A DNA stretch of 62,292 nucleotides, counting the filler. It is 13 parts of 13 records of this genome, joined end to end, with 100 filler letters (N's around TTAATTAATTAA, not from the genome) between each part and the next. Parts side by side here need not be neighbours in the genome. Positions count along the whole stretch, not along the records: positions 55,431 to 62,292 come from SRR15195285_2985; 12 more parts are not named here. The stretch is one strand, 5' to 3'. How positions within the stretch are numbered: position 1 is the stretch's first letter; every line of letters begins with the position of its first letter. Shown here in pieces: positions 56,757 to 62,292 of this stretch. The notes below the pieces were generated by a model that saw only the letters and a program-made list of their open reading frames with translations, ran no database searches and was not told where the DNA came from. A program made the position numbers and the translations under genes.

Positions 56757-58673
56757 ATGGCGTCTGGGTTCAGCGTGAAGGCGCAGTGCGCCAAGCGGAT
56801 CATCGGCGAGATGGTGGAGAAGGTGCCGGGGTTTAAGGTGATGTGCGTGGACGAGATGGCGATGAAGGTCGTGGGGAGCTGCCTCAAGGTGAGCGACGTG
56901 ACGGACCTGGGGATCGCGGTGATCGAGCCGATCACGAACACGAGGGAGCCGCTGGCGGATATGGAGTGCATCTACTTCGTGGAGCCCACGCCGGGCTCCT
57001 GGGAGCGGATCCGCGACGACTTCAAGGACAAGAAGTCGCCCCAGTACAAGAAGGCGCACCTCTTCTTCACGTCGAAGGTGCCCGACTCGCTGTTCGCCCA
57101 GATCAAGCAGCAGCCGAACCTCCTCTCGCGGCTCGGCACCTTCATCGAGCTGAACATGGAGTTCCTCTGCCTTGAGTCCCAGGTCTTCTCGCTCAACATG
57201 CAGGACGCCTTCCTGAAGCTCGGCCCGAGCATGCTCAGCGAGGTGGGCATCCCGCTGGACGCGGAGCGCGACGAGCGCAACCTCATCACACAGCTCGCCA
57301 ACCGACTCTTCACCTTCTGCGCCTCGATGGAGGAGTTCCCCATCGTCCGCCACCAGGCGGCGCCGTCGGGCGTGGTCGCCTCGAAGGTGGCGAACGCACT
57401 CAACCAGATGCTGACGGACGCGTCGAGGTCAAAGCCGGACGGGCCGGCAGCCGGCTCAAGCACGCTGCTGATCCTGGACCGGACGCACGATCCGCTGGCC
57501 ACGCTGCTGCACGAGTTCTACGTGCAGGGCTGTGCGGTGGACATGCTGAAGCTGGAGGACAACAAGTACACTCACAGGGGGCAGCCGACGCTCCTCAACC
57601 AGGAGGACCAGGTGTGGTCAGACATGTGCCATGTGTTCATCGGCGCGGCCCAGGAGACCGTCGAGAAGCGCAAGGCGGAGCTCGAGCAGCGACCAGCGTA
57701 CAAAATGATGCAGGCGCAGAAGAGCGGGCAGGAGATGGACGTCAAGGGCATGTCCGACGTGGTGAAGGATCTGCCGAAGTTCAAAAAGGAGTACGACCGA
57801 TGCCTCATCTGCTTGGACGTGCTGCTGAAAATGATGGACAAGGCGCAGGGCTTGATCGCTGCGGTGGAGGTGGAGCAGTCGCTTGCCGTCGAGCGGATCG
57901 ACAAAACACGGCAGGAGGAGTTCCGCAATCTGCTGAATGATCAGGGTCAGGACCACCCGCTGACCGAGATCAACAAGCTCCGCCTGATTCTCCTGTACGC
58001 GCTGACTCAGTTCAACGACAAGCGGAAAATGCCCGATGATCTGCGCACGAATTTGATGGACATGGCCGGGCTGGGCGACCCTATGTACAAGCAGGCCCTG
58101 GAGGCCGCCGAGTTGCTCAACAAAGATTTCAGCGACAACTACTTCGTCCAGGCCCGCAAGCAAGTGAAGAGGAAGGCCTCCGCCGACGACCTCACACTGG
58201 CTCGCTACACGCCGGTAGTGAAGGACGTTGCCACGGCACTGCTGAGTGGCTCTTTGCCAGAGGCGCAGTACCCGACCGTCCGGGCAGGGGACAAGCCTGC
58301 GGCGACGATTGGTGGTGCAAAAGCTGGTGGGGGAGCCAGGGCGGCCGGAGGCAGGGCTGCTCCGCGGTGGGCGAACAAAAAGGCCGGCGGTGGCGGTGGT
58401 GCAGCCGCTGGCGGTGGCGGCGGATCGAGCGAGAAGATCCCGAAGATTTTCATTTTTGTGGTGGGTGGCATCACCCATTCAGAGATCCGCTCTTGCTACG
58501 AGGCCACGAAGGAGCAGAAGCCTGGTGCCTCACAGATTCCAGTGGTGATTGGCTCCACCGGAGTGCTGCACCCGTCTGTTGCATACGATGCTGCGGGTAA
58601 CAAACTGACCGGGCCATGGTTGGGTGCACCCGAGTTCCTCAGAAACCTTGCCGATGTATGGACACCGAGCTAA
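56757..58673 (+). CDS. SEC1: Sec1/Munc18 (SM) family syntaxin-binding protein
   Basis: KVMCVD, REPLADMECIYFVEPT, YKKAHLFFT, ELNMEFLCLESQVFSL, LLILDRTHDPLATLLHEFYVQ, KLRLILLY, LARYTP, IFIFVVGGITHSEIRSCYE, IGST. Intronless, high GC3. Confidence 0.93.
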   Translation: MASGFSVKAQCAKRIIGEMVEKVPGFKVMCVDEMAMKVVGSCLKVSDVTDLGIAVIEPITNTREPLADMECIYFVEPTPGSWERIRDDFKDKKSPQYKKAHLFFTSKVPDSLFAQIKQQPNLLSRLGTFIELNMEFLCLESQVFSLNMQDAFLKLGPSMLSEVGIPLDAERDERNLITQLANRLFTFCASMEEFPIVRHQAAPSGVVASKVANALNQMLTDASRSKPDGPAAGSSTLLILDRTHDPLATLLHEFYVQGCAVDMLKLEDNKYTHRGQPTLLNQEDQVWSDMCHVFIGAAQETVEKRKAELEQRPAYKMMQAQKSGQEMDVKGMSDVVKDLPKFKKEYDRCLICLDVLLKMMDKAQGLIAAVEVEQSLAVERIDKTRQEEFRNLLNDQGQDHPLTEINKLRLILLYALTQFNDKRKMPDDLRTNLMDMAGLGDPMYKQALEAAELLNKDFSDNYFVQARKQVKRKASADDLTLARYTPVVKDVATALLSGSLPEAQYPTVRAGDKPAATIGGAKAGGGARAAGGRAAPRWANKKAGGGGGAAAGGGGGSSEKIPKIFIFVVGGITHSEIRSCYEATKEQKPGASQIPVVIGSTGVLHPSVAYDAAGNKLTGPWLGAPEFLRNLADVWTPS

Positions 58674-58941
58674 CGAAGTATTGCGTTCGATCTTGCGACT
58701 GATTGGCGGCGGGAGACGTGAGGTGGCGGCATGGCAAGTTACACAGAGCCCAGCGGCAGGAGTGTCGCGGCTGAGCGGTCACTGTCGCATTCGTCTGTGC
58801 AAGCTGGCTCTGTTGTTGCGACGCGCCATAGTACCCCAGGAAATCAAGGAATCCTTTTCATATTATCATCGATTTTACGCACTCGTATTGCTTCGTCCGA
58901 AGGCTCAGCTGTCTGCATATATATAACAGCACAAGAGTGTA

Positions 58942-61900
58942 TTAGTCAGTTGGGGCCGGAGCGACCACCTTCCACCCCAGATCGCGCAGCTTCAGCACCT
59001 TGCGCGTGGCATCTGCACCTGCGGCACCTGGAGCTAGTCGGAAATCTAAGGTGTGCTCGTTGGCGCCAATCCACTTGCTCTCGAACGACACATACATGCC
59101 CTCCCCATGACCGTCCACGTGAATCCGCGTGCCCGGCGCGACGGCCTTATCAGCGGTAAGCAGCTCCGTTGCAGCCGCGATCCCGCGAGCCCGCTCTCCC
59201 GCCATCACAGCCGGAAATTTCGCCTCCAGGTCCCCACGCAGCTTCCCAAGCATACCAGTCATTTCGGGAGCAGCTGCAGCCTCGATCGCTTCCGCTGGAC
59301 TACGTGGCTCTGACGACAGGGCGCCGTCCCATGAGGCGTTCGGCAGGCCATGATCGCTGAGCCACTTCTCTGCCTCTGAGACAGACTTGCCAACCGCAAC
59401 ACTTTGCTTGGTGGTCAGGTGGAAACGCGCTGCAGCCTGGGGGTCCAGCGCCACCTGCCACGCCGACGTCGCAGAATTCAATCCAGTCTGCACTCGATCA
59501 TAGCTGGCTGAGGAACTGGCTTCGGTGGGTGATGCACATCATGCGCGTAGTAGGCTATCTAGGATTGGGTAGGGCACGCATACGTACCGTGCGTAGTATC
59601 TCGAGAACATCCAGCAGCTGACGCAAACTTTCTCGCCTATCAGACCAGACCTTAGAGCGCTGTGTGCTGGCGGCACACATCTGTGCAATTGCCGCAGTCT
59701 TGTGTTCATACATGACTAGCAGATCGCCACTCGTTACATCCTCAACTGCGTCGATGGAGTCCATCAGATTTCAGCACAGACAGCGATAGTTTGCAAGACA
59801 CCACAAAAAAAAGTAGTCAAAGGTGCTGACAGACGAATGCGGAATTCAAACTTTCTTGCAATAAAGGTGCACGCACCAGGGTTGTCCGTGGCGCTGCCGT
59901 CGTTGTAGAGCCAATCCTCTGTCCGCTCAAGCTCCGGCAGTGAGTTTGCTGATTCCTCCTCTGTTCCGTACAGGCTGACCAGATCGCGAAGTTGGTACAC
60001 GTACCTGTTCACGCGGTGGCAGATTTCGCCGCGGTCAGCACCAAAACATCAAGCGTCAATCGTGAGGGTAATTTACCGTTCCAGCTGATCATGTGCCTCC
60101 ATAGCTTTCCCAACCTCTAAGTCCGCCTCACGCATTGCACGCTCCTGATCGACCAGTGCTTTCAGCTGTGCAGCAGAGAGCAGCGGCTGCTGCTGCCCCC
60201 TCGACAACGAGGACGGTGCCAAAGGGCTTAGCCGGAGCAAAGGCTCGCCACCTCGAGACGACGGCTGCAGCACCTTCATCGTGCCGTCATTGCCTATCAA
60301 CGCAAGCTGCAAGGGCCAGCTTTTCGATCGGCTCTCTTCACCGCTATTCATCGCCGCCTCGCCTGAACTTGTCAGTTCGAGCGAGTACAGCATTACTGTC
60401 AGCGCTGAGCTGCTACCGTCTGCCGCAGGTCGAGCGCAGTCTCCATCTTCCTCAGTGGTTAAGACAACGCGTACAAGACCTTGCATACATGCTGCTGGGT
60501 CAACAGCCAGCCCGTCTGTCGCCCCAAACACATGCGGCAGCGGTTGTCCCCGACTCAGTCCTACGATGTTGCTGGGAGACTGGGAGCTACCATCGCTGCC
60601 GCTTGCCGGTACTGACGGCAGCGACACTTCTGAAGTCGGGACTGACGGCAGATCTACCAACATGCTGTCATCTGCATACAGACTACAATCGCCATCACCA
60701 CTGGCAGCACCTTCTGCGGGCTCCGTGTTGTCGGAAGATGCAGCTGAGATATCCATCGTGCTCTGGGACCCATCGCCTGCTTGACCTTCCACAGACGGCT
60801 GGCCTTCGGATGCTAGCACATCCAAAGTCAACGACGCATTTCTAGACGCACAGTGTTGCACTCGCATGAGTCGCCCATGCCCCCCCGGTTGCATTGATGC
60901 ACCGTAGAGTGCAGCACCTCGAGCGATCGACTCAGCGCCGTTCAGAGACCGACCTTCAGCCAAGCCACCCAAGCCCTCAATCGCAGCTACCGCAGCCATG
61001 ATCGAGGATGACACTGCTGGTACTCGTGCTGACCCTCCGAATAACTCCACTGCACCGATGGGAACTGTATGCATGGCTCCGGAGGTCAGCACACGCAGCA
61101 GTAAGGCGGTCACGCCCTCACCAAGTCTGGCCAGCAGGCCCGCCGCGTCACAAAGTTGAGTGAACTCGTCGCGCGAGGCCTGGGCGGCAAAGTCAAGGCC
61201 GTCCTGGAGTTCCTCCAGCACTGCACTCCAAGAGGAATTTGCGCTGAGCACCTTTTTCGCTTTCTCTGCTTCTGAAAGCAACCGCAGCTTTGCGCGACGG
61301 GTTGTAATCTCAACGCCTTTCTGCTCGTGGACATCACGCTCAAACTTCTGCGCGAGCAGCGCGACGAAGTCTCGCCCGCCCACGAGTATGGTCTCATTGT
61401 CCACGACCCGCAGGGTGCCCGCTGCATGATCGTAGTGCACTACGAACGCAGTGGTGTGGCAATGGCCTGCATCTACGAACAACACCGCCTGGCTCGAGTT
61501 CTGCGGCGCATCCTTCAGTCGTTCGTGCGCATAGAACAGCGCAGTGGCAACTGTCTCGTCGCAGAGCTGAGCGACCTGCCCGCCAGCGATTGCACCAGCA
61601 TGCGCGAGCGCGTGGCGCTGCACCGGCGTGTAGTACGACGGTACCGCCAACACAAGCGCCGGCTCCCGGCCAGCCACAGGATTCACGCTGCGCGCGAGTT
61701 GCACCATACCAGCCATGTACGCGCCGACAACGGCCTCGTTCGCCAGGGTGATGTCGCTGCCGCCGTAGCTGACGCGAACGCCATCACCGCCAAGCTCCGT
61801 GGTCGCAGGCTCAGCCCCACCAGTGCTGCTCCATCTGCGACGGCCGAGCAGCGACGCCAAACCCTCCACGGTGTTGGCCGAGTTCGTCACGCGCTGCGCC

Positions 61901-62052
61901 ACGGCATCCTCGCCCAGGTAGCGCTGCCGCCCGCCGTACGACACCACGGTCGGCGTCGCGCGGCTGCCGATGGCATTCGGCACCGTATCCGCACCCGCGC
62001 CTTCCACGGCGGCGAGCACGCAGGTGTGGTCGCCCAGGTCCAGCCCGAACAT
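58942..62052 (-). CDS. Divergent Hsp110/HSPA4-like Hsp70-family protein, about 4 exons (first intron 60005-60076)
   Basis: FGLDLG, NAIGSRATPTVVSY, VPSYYTPVQR, GGRDF, LRLLSEAEKAKKVLSAN, ELFGGSARVP, LNGAESIARGAAL. Spliced lid DQLERYVYQLRD..TEDWLY. Confidence 0.85.
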
Positions 62053-62292
62053 CCCACCCTGTGCTCGTCCAGGAAGACAGCCCAGCCACCAGCCAGCCCA
62101 GCCGATGCTGTTGAGGCAGATCGAGCGCAGCAGTCCAGCCCGGCGGCCAAAAAGAGGCCCTTCTTGCCGGCGTCGGTGAGTGCGCCAACGGCCTCGCGAT
62201 CCATCCCGAATTCCCGATCATGATCCCGACCGCGACCCCCCTGCAGGCGTACTACATAGTAGGAATCAGAATCAGAAATTCATTGGAATGCG

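Overview
This window is not one continuous locus. It is 13 short contigs (about 3-8.4 kb) joined by 12 identical artificial 100-nt spacers (N44-TTAATTAATTAA-N44, stops in all six frames), so gene neighbourhood means nothing across spacers. Contigs: 1-3247, 3348-6354, 6455-9749, 9850-13166, 13267-17854, 17955-22448, 22549-27467, 27568-31525, 31626-40065, 40166-45636, 45737-50455, 50556-55330, 55431-62292. The DNA is from a GC-rich, gene-dense unicellular eukaryote. Evidence: short GT-AG spliceosomal introns (donors mostly GTGCGY/GTGAG), EXO1, Sec1/Munc18, Hsp110-like, TRM13-like, and EGF and EF-hand proteins. Many secreted hydrolases (GH79, GH110-like, GH2, GH141-like+SGNH, sulfatase, esterase, S10 peptidase) suggest a heterotrophic, probably aquatic protist. 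The EPEPEP tracts and dispersed repeats remind me of Picozoa single-cell assemblies, but that is unverified recollection. Most contigs break in microsatellites or repeat ends. The best lead is a multi-pass membrane protein (45737-50455, minus) joining an extracellular dCache_1 domain with a complete amino-acid-binding motif to a ~9-TM region, EF-hands, a cNMP-binding domain and a KOW/SH3-like module. Other leads: a PhyH-family Fe/2OG enzyme with HxG instead of HxD, an Hsp110 with an extra C-terminal module, a protein with ~200-aa repeats I do not recognise, an introner-like intron, and several transposon-end-like repeats. All product calls come from motifs recognised by eye; no searches were run.
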